A stretch of DNA of 63,581 bases, filler included, from Choristocarpus tenellus KU-1152 (taxonomy: Eukaryota; Protista; Phaeophyceae), in the NCBI GenBank assembly GCA_964200185.2. It is 8 parts of 8 records of this genome, joined end to end, with 100 filler letters (N's around TTAATTAATTAA, not from the genome) between each part and the next. Parts side by side here need not be neighbours in the genome. Positions count along the whole stretch, not along the records: positions 13,045 to 18,329 come from CAXNAD020011267.1; positions 18,430 to 29,307 come from CAXNAD020002654.1; 6 more parts are not named here. One strand, written 5' to 3'. Positions 13,085-26,579 of this stretch are shown here, one piece after another (the stretch's first letter is position 1; every line of letters starts with the position of its first letter). The translations under genes and the position numbers were made by a program. The notes under the pieces were generated by a model, which searched no databases, was not told the origin of the DNA, and worked only from the letters and a program-made list of their open reading frames with translations.

Positions 13085-16000
13085 TCAATCCCAGTGTATG
13101 CCCGCCGACTCCAGCTGACAGTTACAGAGGATGAGGAGGACTACTTCCATCACCAGGCGGAGGGGAGTGCAGGTGGACCGTTGGATCTTTATAGGAGGGA
13201 CTGGGTGCATCTTCCTCATCTCTTCAGGTGTGTGTAAAAGAAAAAAAAAAGCTGTTTTGTTTTTTTACTTCGTTGGAGTTTAATAATATAAAAATATAAA
13301 AATGTAAGCACGGGCGTGAACTTTATTTTATATACAAAAAAATACACGCACACCCTGAGATTGCAAAAAAATAATTAACCCTAACCCTAACTCTGAATTC
13401 AATCGCAATTCGCATTTTTTTTGTTGTTGTTGTAACGCTGGAGAGAACAGGCGGTAGTTACAACATTGTTTTTTTTTTTAAACATGTGTTATTTTTTTGT
13501 CGGGTTTTTGGGTTAGTAGCAGCACGGTAGAAAGGTGTACTTGAGAGATACAATTTTTGACTCTTGATTTTGTATTTTTAATCTTTTTTTTTGTTTTAAT
13601 GCGTGTACATTTTTTTTTTACTTTTTTATTTAATATTTTTTATTTGTGTATGTGCGTGTTGATTTTGATGATTGAGAGGCGTGTCTTGTTTTTGTGGCCC
13701 AACTCGGTGTAGAGTGTGTATCCCTATGTGTGATCGGAAGGAAGCCTTGCGAAGTGTTTTGATTGTTTTTTTGTTTTTTTTGCAGAATAATGTTTTTTTA
13801 CTACGTGTCCTCTGAGAGGGAATAATACCTTTTTTAATATTTATTAACTTCTCATTGTGCTTTTTCGTTTAATATATATATATATATCTGGTGATTAGTG
13901 ATACACACTTCCTCTGACTCTACAGCATGTTCAAAATACCCATTCTTCTCTTTATGTTTTTCTCACCCCCCCAACCCCCCTTTCTCCCCCCCCTCTCCCC
14001 CCCTCCCTCNNNNNNNNNNTTTTATTTTTTTTTGTGACCAAACCCCCCCCCCCCCCCACTCCCCCCCGCCCCCCCCCCACCACTCCTCCTCCTCTCCCCC
14101 CCCCCCCCCCCCCCTCCTTGGCCCACTCCAAATACCCTTCCTTATATACCCTCTTTGGGTTCAACCTGTGCGATATACCTTTTTTGATGCAAAAAATGGA
14201 ATGGACATGCCGCCAATGGGAAGTCGCCAAGCTACAGCTACAGCTGTGTATGAGAGGGTTGATGGTAATGGAGATGATGGACATGACCGTGATACGGAGG
14301 TGTGCTCGTTGTTTGTTGGAGGGGGGAGTTAAGGGGGGTATGGAGGAGTGATGCGGTTGATTGGAGGAAAGTTGGATTGAGGTCATTTACCAATGTTTTT
14401 ATCATGTTTTTATCATGTTTTTTTTTTTTTTTTTTTTTAAACTAGGGTCTACTGAGGAAAAACGTAGCACAGATGAAAGTATCGGGTTGAACGGTTTGGA
14501 TGGAAAATAAATACGTTTCTGTTTTTTTGTCTATCATTCTTAACTCTTTTTTTTTCTACCATTCTTAACTCTTTTTTATTATTATTGTGGTTGTTGAGAT
14601 CTCCCCGTGAAAAAACGGTGACGAATAAAAAAAGAGGAAATAAAAAAACCACTTGTCCGTGAAATCTTTAATTTTTTTTTGTAGTTGTCAGCATGCATTG
14701 AGAACTTTTTTTTTAATCTTGTGGGACCTGTATGGTCCAAGAGCCACCAGCACACTGAAGATAGAACATTTTTTTATGTTCCCATACTGGTACCGCCCCC
14801 CCCCCTCCCCCCTCCCTACCCACCCCCCAAGGGGGTGCACATGGTAACATGTACTTTCTAAATTAACACCTGACATGTTGGTGCTGACAATGCATGCACA
14901 GGAGGACCACATGGGTACAGTGTCTGACGTAGGGGTTGCTGGAATGCCTTCTTCAGGCATTGGAAACCCACCAGGGTGGGGGTTGGAGAGGGAAGAGGAG
15001 GAGGGGGGGGGGGATTTGTTGATGCCGGGGATGAGGAGGCCGGGAAGGGTGATCCACTGGACATGCAGGTGGAGGAGGTAGAGACAGGGCGTGGAGGGAG
15101 GAGGGGGAAGTGGAGGAGCCTTGTTAATGGTGGGTGGGGCTTTCGAAGGGGTAGGGAAGGGAGGGGAGGCATGGTGGACGGGGAGACTGGCTGGGGAGAT
15201 GGAAAGTCATGGGCGAGCGGCCTGAGTGGACTGACGGCTCTTGAGGCAGAGATCCAGGTAATCTTTTTTGTTTTTTTTGTGTTTCATTTGGTTGGGGTTA
15301 GGGTTGGGGTTAGGGCTAGGGACAGGTAAGTGTAAGCAGGCGTGTTGGAGTGTCTGTCCAGTATGTATGTATATGAGAGATTGGCGAGTGAGTTAAGTAG
15401 GAATTAAGGCTGTAGTTTGTTGAGAGTTTAGCTTTGTTCTTGTTCCTCCTCTATGCCGAACAGTTAAACTACAGACAGTTAGACTACAGACAGTTAGACT
15501 ACATACAGTTAGCATGTCTGCGGTTGAGCGTGTGGCCGTGGACTGGACTGTGGCCCGGCCATTTTGAAACAGTCAATGGCCATGGACTCGGCCACCTTTG
15601 AGCTTGGTTATACATGACCAGGGCCACAAAATGACCGATCATGTTGAGCAAGTGATGGCCATGGACTTGGTCATGTTCGAACTTGGTTGGGCATGGCCGG
15701 TCAGTGGCCCTGGTCATGTTGAGTGAGCGATGGCTATGGACTAGGCCATGTTAGGATGTTTTATCTATATTGCCGGTTAGGTAGTACATATTTTTTTTAA
15801 TACTTGGACCATGCCTCGTATTTCACATTTTACCACTCTTCTTGAAAATGGTATATTTATTTTTTGCTAAATTTCAAATTTGTACTACTGGAAGTACTAA
15901 GTGTATTTATGTACGTACAGTGATAGTTGAACATTATTTTGCACTTGTTTTTTTTTTTTAATATTAGAGTTCTTCGTTTTATACAGAAATTTTATTTAGA

Positions 16001-17014
16001 ATATTATTGAAATATTCTTGGGTGTTTGAGGGGATTTTGTGATCGGTGTGTGTGTTTGTGAAAGTCTCATCTCATTCACACTTGTATAACATGTAACATG
16101 CAGTGTAACATGTAACACTTGTATAACATGTAACACTTGTATAACATGTAACACTTGTATAACATGTAACACTTGTATAACATGTAACACTTGTATAACA
16201 TGTAACACTTGTATAACATGTAACATGCAGTGTAACATGACCATCAGGGCCTTACTTTATTTTTTGTTCTACACTCTTTTTTATTCTTTTCTGAATTGGA
16301 ACAAAACAAGATGTATGTATACATTGGCAAACAATCTGTGTGTGTATGTTATGTGTGTGTGTGTATGTTATGTGTGTGTATGTATGTTATGTGTGTGTAT
16401 GTATGTTATGTGTATGTATGTTATGTGTGTGTATACAAGTGTGTTTATTTGTGTCTAAGTTTGCACTAGACTTTTGTACTCTTGCTGTAGGTGTAATTTA
16501 GGGTTAGGGTATATTAGTGAAGACTGTCACACACACTACAGGAGAAATCTACTTTGGCAATGTACTGTCCTTTGTCTCCACCCTGCCTTGCCTTATCCCA
16601 GAACAAACCCCCATCCTCACACAAACAAACCCCCGTCTCACCATACCCACGATGCATTACAAATTGTATTTGCCCCCCTCCATTTGCACAACTTTGGCCA
16701 TGTAGACCATGGCCGGCAACCTTGACTGCTTCTCAGACGAGGAGGATGATGAGGGAGACCAAGGTTTGGTTGAGACAGAGGGGCAGCAACAGATGCAAGG
16801 AACGCAGGGGTCAAGGGGGAGGATTGAGGGTGCTGGTGCTGGTGCTGTTGCTGTTGCTGTTGCTGGTGCTGGTGCTGGTGCTGGTGGAGGTATTTTTAGC
16901 AGCAGTGAAGATTCGACTCTTAGTGATGGGAGTGAGAGCACCGATGACCACTTTCTTATTCGAGGCAAAACGCCTGAGGAAGGTGGTGGGGATGCACAGC
17001 ATCAGGCGTATCAG
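13085..17014 (+). CDS. Internal exons of an unidentified gene with acidic/Gly-rich low-complexity sequence; candidate exons 13085-13227, ~14131-14299, 14902-15257 (poly-G length uncertain), 16706-17014
   Basis: GC-richer blocks are bounded by splice sites, and the 14299|14902 and 15257|16706 junctions are both phase 0. No recognisable domain. The ~14131 acceptor is not evident and an apparent frameshift falls in a G homopolymer. Confidence 0.45.
15468..15755 (+). repeat. 15-bp tandem (ACTACAGACAGTTAG x~2.5) followed by a degenerate TGGCCATGGACTNGGYCA-type minisatellite
   Basis: Directly visible. About four degenerate copies of the TGGC(C/T)(A/G)TGGACT core lie between 15532 and 15750. Confidence 0.6.
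16078..16240 (+). repeat. 18-bp minisatellite ACACTTGTATAACATGTA (7 copies plus two ACATGCAGTGTAACATG variants)
   Basis: Direct tandem units with no unique spacers. It generates the spurious LHVIQV-repeat ORF 15996..16244. Confidence 0.95.
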
Positions 17015-17045
<31 letters not shown>

Positions 17046-17111
17046 GTTTGTGTGTTTTTGGTTTACATATATATATATATATATTGGTGTTGTTGATGAT
17101 ACTGTGGTGAT

Positions 17112-17400
17112 GAGTCAAAGTATCTTAGGGTTAGGGTAGAGCTGCGTCCCCGTTTGTGGACCAAAATCCAACGGTGTGTCTTTGTATGTAATTATTACAT
17201 GACTTTCTTGTGCTTTTATTAGGAAGTGTCAATATATCCTTTATTCCAATTCCGGACACACCTTTTCATAACGTATACAGTTTACCTACTCCAGAACGTT
17301 TTGGAGACGGGAAATTTCGTAAGAGATCCATGGGAAACCAAGCCCCAAGTGGACGAACAGGGCAAAATTCGTAAACCCTCTCTTAAGAAGATACTTTGGC
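17112..17400 (+). mobile_element. MITE family A copy, more diverged
   Basis: Begins GAGTCAAAGTATCTTAGGG and ends AAGATACTTTGGC. Internal AGGAAGTGTCAATAT...GACACACCTTTTCATAACGTATACA...CCATGGGAAACCAAGCCCCAA is shared with the other copies. Confidence 0.8.
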
Positions 17401-18451
17401 TGTGGTCGTTGTTATCAGTGGTGCCTTGGTAGTAGTGGAGGTGCCTTGACTGCTCCTGGGCTGGCAGGTTTTGTGTTTGATGTTGTTAACACTTGTTGCA
17501 TACAATGGGAAGTTTTTGTTGTATTGGAGTGGTGTGTTGTGGGGTGGCCTGAGGATTCATTTCTCAGGGGTGGGGGGAAAGAGGGGCTAGGGTTAGGGGC
17601 TCGCTCCAAGTACAACTACTACGGACTGTGGATAGAGAGGTGTGAGGGTTAGGGTTGGCCGAGGGCTTACGATCGCTGTGAATGTGTTCCCACACACAAT
17701 CATATGCATACATACACAATCACATGCATGGGCGACGCCTTGTCTGATTCACTCTCAAAATTTAGCGCGTTTGTATGATTTATTTATTTTTTCTTAAAGT
17801 GCAAACAGAACATTTGGAAGGTAATACAGTTTTGCAAATGGTGAAGACAATTTAATTGCAGTCGCTTGATTTCAAGGTAGAGCCTAGTTTTGATGCCTAT
17901 CAAGGTCCAACGGTGGTAAAATGTTGAGAGTCCAATCCTGTTCTTCTGCTGGGTAACCTGACCCCCAAACCCCCCTTGCCATGCTGTCCACCTGCCCATA
18001 CCTTTTTTTAGTACACATCAAGTAAACCCATACCTTTTTTCAGTACGCATAAAGTAAACCCATACCTTTTTTGTTTGTATGTTGTATCCATGTGTGTAAG
18101 AATACATTCCATCTCAATGTTGCTCTCCTATATTACAAAAGGTAGCGATGTACTTGTTGGAGGAGGTGACAGGTGGGGGGTGACACAATTGCTTTAGGTG
18201 CAGCCTACAGTGTAGCCAAAAGAGTTGAGGTTAAGGCTCAGCTACACGTTTGAAGTCACGTTTGAAGTCATGTCCGGGGCTGCATTGCAGCATTGATTTT
18301 TTTTTTTTTTTTTTTTTTTTGGTTTGGTTNNNNNNNNNNNNNNNNNNNNNNNNNNNNNNNNNNNNNNNNNNNNTTAATTAATTAANNNNNNNNNNNNNNN
18401 NNNNNNNNNNNNNNNNNNNNNNNNNNNNNGGTTGCTTGGGGTGCTGGTGGG

Positions 18452-18498
<47 letters not shown>

Positions 18499-21279
18499 GC
18501 AGTAGCAGAAGACCTTTTCCAACACGTGGAAGGCTTTCTGTACTGTGCAGGTGTTCCATTGATATTTTTTTCAACTATTTTTTCGGTGAAGAGAGAGCGT
18601 GTTTGCATCTGTCACGCAGAATTGGAGATGTGAATGAATGGAATGGTGTTTTTTTTTTGGGGGGGGGGGGGAATAACTTGTGGCAGAGATAGGACGAGTG
18701 GGGGAGGGATGAGAAGAGAGGAGATGAAGGAAATACGGGGAATGGACTGAAAGAAATGGAATGCAAAGTTGATGATCTTTCTTGTATAGGGTGGAGTGAA
18801 CCTGAGTTGTTTTTTGGTACATGACATGGCCTTCCAAGGTGACCAGAAGTTAGGGGTTGAGGCCTTTTCACATTGAGGATGAATCTTTTAGAATTTTGAA
18901 CCAACCCCAAAAGGTTGTCCTGTTTTTGAGTGATGATAGAGAGAGCATGTGAATTTAAATTTTGGTGGATATTTTTTGGTGCCATCATTGCATGTTTTTT
19001 GTTTTGCACTCTAAGGTTGAAGTGGAATTTCGTGGGTTTATAAAAAATATTAAAACACGGGGCAGTGTGGGCTACGTCCTTTTTTCTCTGTAGTACTTCC
19101 AGTACTTCAAAGAGGGAAACCAACACACAGTACATGTAGCTTTGTTTTGATTGGTCCAATTTTGTGTAGTGCTTCTTTCGCCTTGGTACGTATCTTTTCG
19201 TTATACCCCCCCCCCCTGGCTTTCCTCAGTCTGTGGACCGAGATGACAGTGAGTGGTTAATTTTGTTAGGGCTTGCAATAGACACTCAAAACACCTTACC
19301 CTTGTGCACCTGGTGTTCCTTGAGAATGTGCATCCCATGGATTGTTGAAGAAAATAATTCCAGTTGTACTTGAAGTTTCACTTCTTTTTTGTGTGTGTGT
19401 GTGTGTGTGTGTGTTATTGAGAGGAGCGTTGTAAGTTTTGTTTAACAAGCAGGCTTTTGGCAGGCTGCCTTGTTCAAGGTCAATCAGTCAAAAACTTCCT
19501 TGTTCATCTTGTACAGCTTTTTTTAAAAAATCTTGCTTTGTAAGCACACCTAACCTTCAAAGCTAGTGTGGCCACCACAACTGATTGTAAACTCTCACAA
19601 TGAACAGGTTTCCTCTTAGGTACTACGTCCTCGTTTCCAGACATAGATGGTGCATGTATGCACTCAACATACGCTGTTGTCTATTATTATGTGCTTTCAA
19701 GTGATGGTTTTCAATCATCACATTGTGCCAACAATGAAATACAAGAGATAATAAAATGATGAATGCCCTGTAGGTTTACATGCGTTTGGCTGGCATACTT
19801 TGAGGATATATTCGGTATGCACACAGCTTTCAATAGATTTTATAGTTGACGCTTCATTTGAGGACAGAAAATAGTGAGTTGCATTACTAGACTTCTGTTG
19901 ATGACTGATTTTGCATGCTCTTGAGCAGGGTGGTTGTGATATTCACAATCATTTTTCATTATTGTTGTTGTAGAACAATTGAAAAATGAGTGGGGGATTG
20001 TGCATTCTTGAGTAGAGGAATTTCCATGATGTGATTACACCTTCATCCATGCTCTTGATAGGGATTCACCTTACCTGCAGTTGGGGCCGTGAAGGAACAG
20101 GGGTGCTAGGTGAAATATATTACAAGCAAACCTCGTAACGATCAAATTGCCAAAATTTACCCCCCTACCTCATTCTCTATACACATTTAGACAGAACATA
20201 TTTATTACCTACTTTCCATCCTAAGCAGGAGTAAAAAAAAATAATCAGTAACACCTCTGACTGTTGGTCACTGAGTACCTCAAGTAACATACACATCTTA
20301 AACTCCCAACTAGTTCAGGCCCTCTCGACTTCACTAAAATCCACATCATACGATGTTCTGTTTATAAACATATGTTTTGTGGCAAATGTACCCTGTAACT
20401 ACCTCAACGTGTAACGCAAGACCTGCTTTTGAGAACAAATCAATAAAATATTTGCAGCTCTGCGCACAGAGGTAGAATGCCATGGCAGGACTACAGGGTA
20501 TAAACAAAAAACTTCCAATTTTTCAAAACCTTTGATGGCCACTTGGATAACGTAAGTACCATTGGTTATCACTTTTGTACGGAGTATGGGGTAGAATTAG
20601 CTAGAGACTGCACAAGGCATTACTCAACTGTTTTGCTTTTTAAAAGATAAAACCACAAAATTGTTTTATTTTTTCGTTTATTATATTGGATGTAACTGTA
20701 CATGGGTCTGCTCTGTGCATGCACAACTTCCTTCATGAGGGGGGTTACCTTCCCTTTGCGTGCAGCATAGGAGGTTCCCATTACGTGACTTCTTCAACAG
20801 AAGTGGATACATGCCTTAGAAGGCAACTAGGTGTACAATGTGGTGTTTCTACACCCACACTTCTGTTCACAAGAATACCCCTAGCATCACCTTACCCCAC
20901 AAAAACCAAGCCCAACACAAATGAATGAAATGTTCTCTTGTGCTCATGTCTCCAGGCAGCTCTCTAACAAGAAGTAGATGTTCTTGGCATCAGTGCATCT
21001 ACCCTGTAACCTAACGGACTCTTACAAGCATCACCCCAACATGCCTCAAGATTAATCAGAAGAGACAGCACCAGGCAGGACAAACCATTTTCAGGTCTGA
21101 AACTTCGTAGGAGACCAAGAAAAGAGATGGTTAGTTCCCCTTCTACCCTTGCTTCCTCCCTTCCACCCCTAAAAAAAACTTGTACAGATTGGTTTCCCAT
21201 GCCCTTTCATCGCTTGAGTCCTGTCTACGTCCTGGGTATTCTTCCTCTGCATTTCTCCAGCTTGTAATTGTTGGGTAAG

Positions 21280-22650
21280 TTACCGGTAAAGACCGTTGTT
21301 GATGCGGTCGATGGTGTACATGGCCTGGGCGTCAAGGCACACAAACCGGCTCTCCCACTTCTTGATGGCAGCCTTCTCCTCGCCTGAGTCGTAAAAAAAT
21401 CATGGGAAAGAATGCGTCATCAGGAAAGGGGGATATTACATCAGATCTCTGTGTATTATTTAACTGTCGGTAGGTTTGGTATGATTAAGGGTACTTCCTG
21501 CGCAAGGCACTTAAGCGGTTCAATTGCGCAACAACCGTATTCGCAACCAACAGATCGACGACGTCTTAACTTTCAACATCAACAAAGAAATCTGACGGTC
21601 TATGACTTACTGGTGAGCCCCTTGATGTTGTAGACGTCAGAGACAGACGAATACGGTCCGTTGCTCACGATCTTCCCAGCTGCGCTAGGGTACCTGAGAG
21701 GGCATCAAAAGGATGAGTGGAACAATGAGCGAGCAATAAATGAATTGACGAATAGATCGATATTTTGAAGCAGGGATGTTAATCTACTGTCACTGTTGGA
21801 AAGCAAATCGATAACATTCGGGTCGAATGACTAAAAATGTGATAAGTTCTGAATGTGCAGCACATAATGCGTTCTTGAAAAAACGCACATGCCGCTCAAC
21901 CGGATGTAGGAGCGAACATTGGCGTTGTTCAGGTCGATCTTCTCGCCTCCACCAAGGTAGGGGACCACGGGGTTGTCCACCTCAGCCAGGACAGGTGCCG
22001 CGAGTCCGAAAATGGCGGCAGCAGAGGCTGCGGACTTGAGGAAGTCTCCACGAGACATTGCCTCAGGCTTCTCCGCCGACATGACGGTGTTGCTGTCAGC
22101 AGAATAAAAAATCAAGGTCAGGGTGCATGGAACCTGTGATTAGGTGAAGTGCATCAATTTTTGTTGGTGAGGTGTACGAGGTGGTAACCTGCCCAACCCG
22201 TTCCTCTGCGAAACTCATTCGATCGAACTGGGCTTACGACGTGCACAGATTAAGCACCTGAAAATGAGTAACACACATCCATATTTTGTCCAGCAGAGGG
22301 GGACTATACGCTTCAATCCCCAGCTGCAGCTGTCCCAGTGTTCCTTTCGTATGCGCAAACACATCCCACCAAGGATACAAATTTCCTAAGGCCTACGCAA
22401 GCACCTCACGTCAATTACAGGCACTATCACCATATTCCCCTCTAAACCACTTCCTTGGAGCTCACACCAATAAATTAGGCTGAATGTTGGGAACGGCTAC
22501 AAAAAGCTTATCTTCAAACATGCGTAGGAGGGACACGGTTGGTCGAGGATGTTGAAAACTTTACCTTGAGCGAACAGCGGGCATGCTGGGCATGAAAGCC
22601 TGGGCAGAGCCCACGCACGCCAGCGCAACAATAGCAGAGGAGAACTTCAT
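21280..22650 (-). CDS. psbU: Photosystem II 12-kDa extrinsic protein PsbU, nuclear-encoded and plastid/lumen-targeted; exons 22650-22565, 22092-21889, 21693-21611, 21383-21280 (477 nt, 158 aa)
   Basis: Complete spliced ORF: MKFSSAIVALACVGSAQA-F (signal peptide plus ASAFAP-type motif), lumen signal ending APVLA, then KIDLNNANVRSY, GMYPSAAGKIVSNGPY and C-terminal DRINNGLYR*, all diagnostic of PsbU. Confidence 0.97.
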
Positions 22651-25600
22651 CTTTGGTTATAAGGGGGGTGTATATCTAGTGATATGAATCTCAAGTAGTG
22701 ACTTCTGGGATTTGGTGTGACTCCACTCTGTCACCACCCACCCGCGCGCTCTCACCCTTTCCGAAAAAAAAAACTCTACCACTCTTGTTCAAAGTATAAT
22801 CCCGATATCTTCAACTTGGTGTCCCATAAAAATAAAAGGATAACAACGCCTCCAACGACAGTTTTTTCTTTCTTCACATGTATCCTATCAGATTTCAAGA
22901 AATCACTTTGAAGTAGTGTTATGATTTGTCAACTAACAGAATATTCGGTTAAAAATAAATCGGGTAGAAACACTGATATTAGATTAAGAGACCCAATCTG
23001 AACGAAAGCACGATGGTTGCAAAGTGGTCGTTGGCGCTCCAATAAAAAAAAAAGTCATCGCACTAAAACATACCAGATCCCAAGTTGGGAATCCGATGTT
23101 TGAGTTGCTTATTACCTTGCCTTACCTTTTTTTGATGAATCGGACAGGCTGGGAGGTCCTTCCACTTCAACAAGTCCCACTACTCGTAAGGTTTTAGTAA
23201 TGTGTGCATAGTGGAACCTTGTGACCAATGGTCTAGACTCTGCTGTTCTGTGACCTCTTTGTGTGTTCAGTCATGCTTCTGATTGTGTTGTGATTTTGAA
23301 AAACCCGAATAACCGAACTTTTTCGTTTCAGTTTTTTGGTTATCCCAATTAATCGAACTGAAACGATGGAACTGTTGTGTTTCACAACACTACTTTCAAG
23401 AGGTGTTTCAGGTTTGGGCTTTTGTCCAACAGCACATCTTTGTGTTCTACCCTCAAACAACAAAAACATACAGACCAATACCAAATAATACGATTTTATC
23501 TTCTGACTGTGCTAGGTTGTACTAGTTCATCTCCCGGCTTGAAGGAAGACTATTACAACTGAACGACTTGAAAGAAGAGATTTTCTAGACGAAATCCCAA
23601 CCGAACTTGCAGACATTGCCAGCTCTAAGATTCGCGATAAAGAAAGCATGGAGTATATAAAAGAACACTCAACTTATGATGCACAAAAAAGCAAGCAGCA
23701 TGCCTCACTTCTTCCAAACACGTTGGATTTTGCAGAGGCCTCCAATTATACCTTCTGCTGGACTTCCAGATGAACCACATGACCATCAAATCTGCGTGGG
23801 TTAGTGAATCCCATAGATAGCACTGCAAGATTCTTATTACAGTCATGAATCATACTGGCACAATCACTGCAACACATGCAAAACGCAGTGGACATGACAC
23901 ATGTCGAAGTTTCTTCGCCTCTGTGGATCGCATCCATTTACTCCATTCTGAATTTCATCCCACAGTCATAAAAGTCCACCAGCAATGGACTGCATGCTGG
24001 TTATAGAACGTCCTGAAAAGAGCCAGCAACGGAAGTGAAGTGCAACTACCTGGCATTCAAGGGGTACCCTATCCTTCGTGGAAAACAAACCTTGTCATCC
24101 CCATGGGCTTGCATCCCTATAGACACACACTCAGAACAAACAGCCACACCAATCCACTGCCAATGCCGATGCCATCTGTATGGAAGGTGTAGCACATTAC
24201 TCACTGAGTGTCCTTCTCGTGAGCAAGTTCTTCAATTCCAACGTTTCCGCCATACAACACATCTGGCAACTAACAACCTTGAATGCTGTCATTTTACAGA
24301 TATCCAAACCACCCCCGTAAAAAACATCAAAAACAGCAAATTGTGTGTTAGATTCCTTCCCTGTCCATACATACTCACAAACACAAAAGAGAAAAGACCT
24401 TCAAAGCAACAACTCTGCAGAACACTGTCCAGCAACCTCACATACAACACACACACACACTAGGAGTGTATCTAGACCCCCAAGCTATCACGGAGAAATA
24501 TCCTTAGGACTTGCCGTGATGATATGGTAAACTACAATAGATGAGAAGATAACCACTCCCAAACAATTTACAAACACCAACAGCTGGGAATCTAGATCTG
24601 CCATTTTAGGGTCCTCCACTGCCTTCCTCCTCCTCCCCTATTCCCTACTTGCGAGAATATCCAAGGGCCTGCGGAGGCGAGGGAGACAGATAGGTGGTTC
24701 AGGGCTGTGGATTTGAAAGGGGAAGAACCTACATCATCTTTGAATTATATCCATGATAGTATTTCATTGAAGAGGAGATGTGGAGGTGAAGAGGGCATTT
24801 GTAGGCGGTAAGACTTGGCGTCGCATGTCCGATTACAAGTCGTAAGGGTGGTATATTCAGTAGTTTTGCCGATGACAGCAACACGCGCAATGCATGTATG
24901 GACAGTACAGGAATTAATTCTCCTCTAATCCACGAAATCAGAAAACCTAAGGACCTGGTGCTCCTTGCAGCGAGGAAAGCTCAAGATCATGTATGTCAAA
25001 GCCTGTACCCTTCATGATCACATATTCCACAACTGAATGTGGTGAGGTTTAGAATGGTGATTGGCAGGATGTTATCATGAGTTACTGACCTAAAAGCACA
25101 ATTCAGCGAATCACTTGGAGAAGCATCGAAAAAGGGGCCATCCAAGTCTTTCTTTCGGTATCAAAAGCACTGTTTGCAGAAGAGAGATTAAGTCACAAGG
25201 GTGAGCCAACAATCTGGTACATGCTTGCAGGAGGAAAAATGGTTTTTTCTCTGTTCCCTGAAAAGCTTACATCATGGTCTTGATTGGATCGATAACACAT
25301 ACTAGGAAGTGTGGTAAGCCTTGATGATACTTAGGGTGTTTGATTCCTAGCTACTACAGACTAGTAGTGCATTGATGACTCCTGTCACCCCCCATCTCAA
25401 CGTTATCCACGGGATTTGTAAGTCTACAAACATCTCCAGCCATGGTTACCTTGCCCATAAGGGGGATGGCTACAAGTCTTAAGGGCATCGATACAAGATG
25501 TCCATAACAAAGGATGAATGCTATGGTTAAAGAATATTGACCCTGACAAAAATAGATGGCAATTCTTGCGTGCCGTATATTCCGGCAAAGTCCAAACCCT

Positions 25601-26218
25601 TTGCTGAGAGATTCACTAGTGGGTTTAGTTTTCGTGGAAGGATCTCTCTGAAAAAGGTACATCTGTCCCCCTCTCCTCTCCCTCCCTTATTGGCAACGAC
25701 AGGAAGCGAATCAAATAGCCTCCATCGAGTGGATTGCTTTCGTCGGTTCGAGACAAAAATCTACAGGTTATCAGCAATTGCAGAATCTGTTCAAAACAGA
25801 GCTCCTAACAATGTCCTGGTACCTTGTCCGCTAGGTAAATTTTGCACTTGGTGGCTACTGCTGTTAAGTTTTGCAAATGGTATCTCACAACAGTTGAGAT
25901 ATCTCCGGAATATTCACCTTCTTTTCTGCCCTTCCTCTTCCTTTAACGAGGCGGCGCGTACACCAGATTGACTTGGAGGTCAGACTAAGAAATAGGTTTG
26001 AAGAGTGGTGTGTATCATGGAAAACATCCTTCCGAGTACCTTAGAAACCCTTCAGGGTTGAGTTGAATATCAACCCTTCTAACCTTACTAGGTCTTTGTC
26101 CCTCGTACATTACTTGCCGGACTCAAATCGTGTCGTATAGAGGTACCCAGGCTTGTTTGGAAAGTGCCTTGGGCTACTCCTAATGTAAGCATTTCCACGA
26201 TCAAGACTCGATTGATCC

Positions 26219-26485
26219 TTGACTTGACGTCAGTGTCTAGATCGAACACCAACAAGATTTGTCATGCGGCGTCTATTTCAACTCCAAGCTGCCCCTTGTA
26301 CATTACAAGTCGACGTCAGAGCGTTCCCTGTAGAGTTTCTCAGGCTAGTGCCTTTCATTAATGCTTCATCCTATTCCCGGTGAAAGCAACTTTACCATCA
26401 TTACTCTCTCAATCATTGACTAGACGTCAGTGTGAGATCGAACACCAACAACCAGGTTTATCATGTTGCGTCTATTTGAACCTCC
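26219..26485 (+). promoter_or_regulatory. Duplicated ~67-bp upstream element with three GACGTCAG cores (TGACGT bZIP/aureochrome-type motifs)
   Basis: Diverged direct repeats at 26219-26285 and 26416-26485. GACGTCA occurs at 26226, 26312 and 26423, about 150-355 bp upstream of the VKOR ATG. The regulatory function is inferred. Confidence 0.4.
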
Positions 26486-26579
26486 TTTTACTCTCAGCTT
26501 GATCTTCTTGCTGGATATCCTCAGTGAAAAGCGGAATACTTGATAGAGAAGGCAGGTGGGGTCCAATAGTAGGAGGGGC

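Noticed and set aside
12540-13227. Continuation of the RING gene into exon 13085-13227
   Set aside because: The phase is compatible, but the join crosses an artificial spacer and a phase match has a one-in-three chance.
16078-16240. CRISPR-like array (also 51863-51963 and 15468-15755)
   Set aside because: These are head-to-tail tandem units without unique spacers, in a eukaryotic intronic context with no cas genes.
13898-18692. Poly-Pro/poly-Gly ORFs, and VCVC/HTHT ORFs elsewhere
   Set aside because: They are translations of C/G homopolymers, N gaps and dinucleotide microsatellites.
23600-26000. A hidden gene or TE between psbU and LTO1 (likewise 29700-30500, 57200-57750, 58940-59520)
   Set aside because: Only short stop-interrupted frames without recognisable domains or consistent splice chains. 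Probably old TE debris, which I cannot assign by eye.
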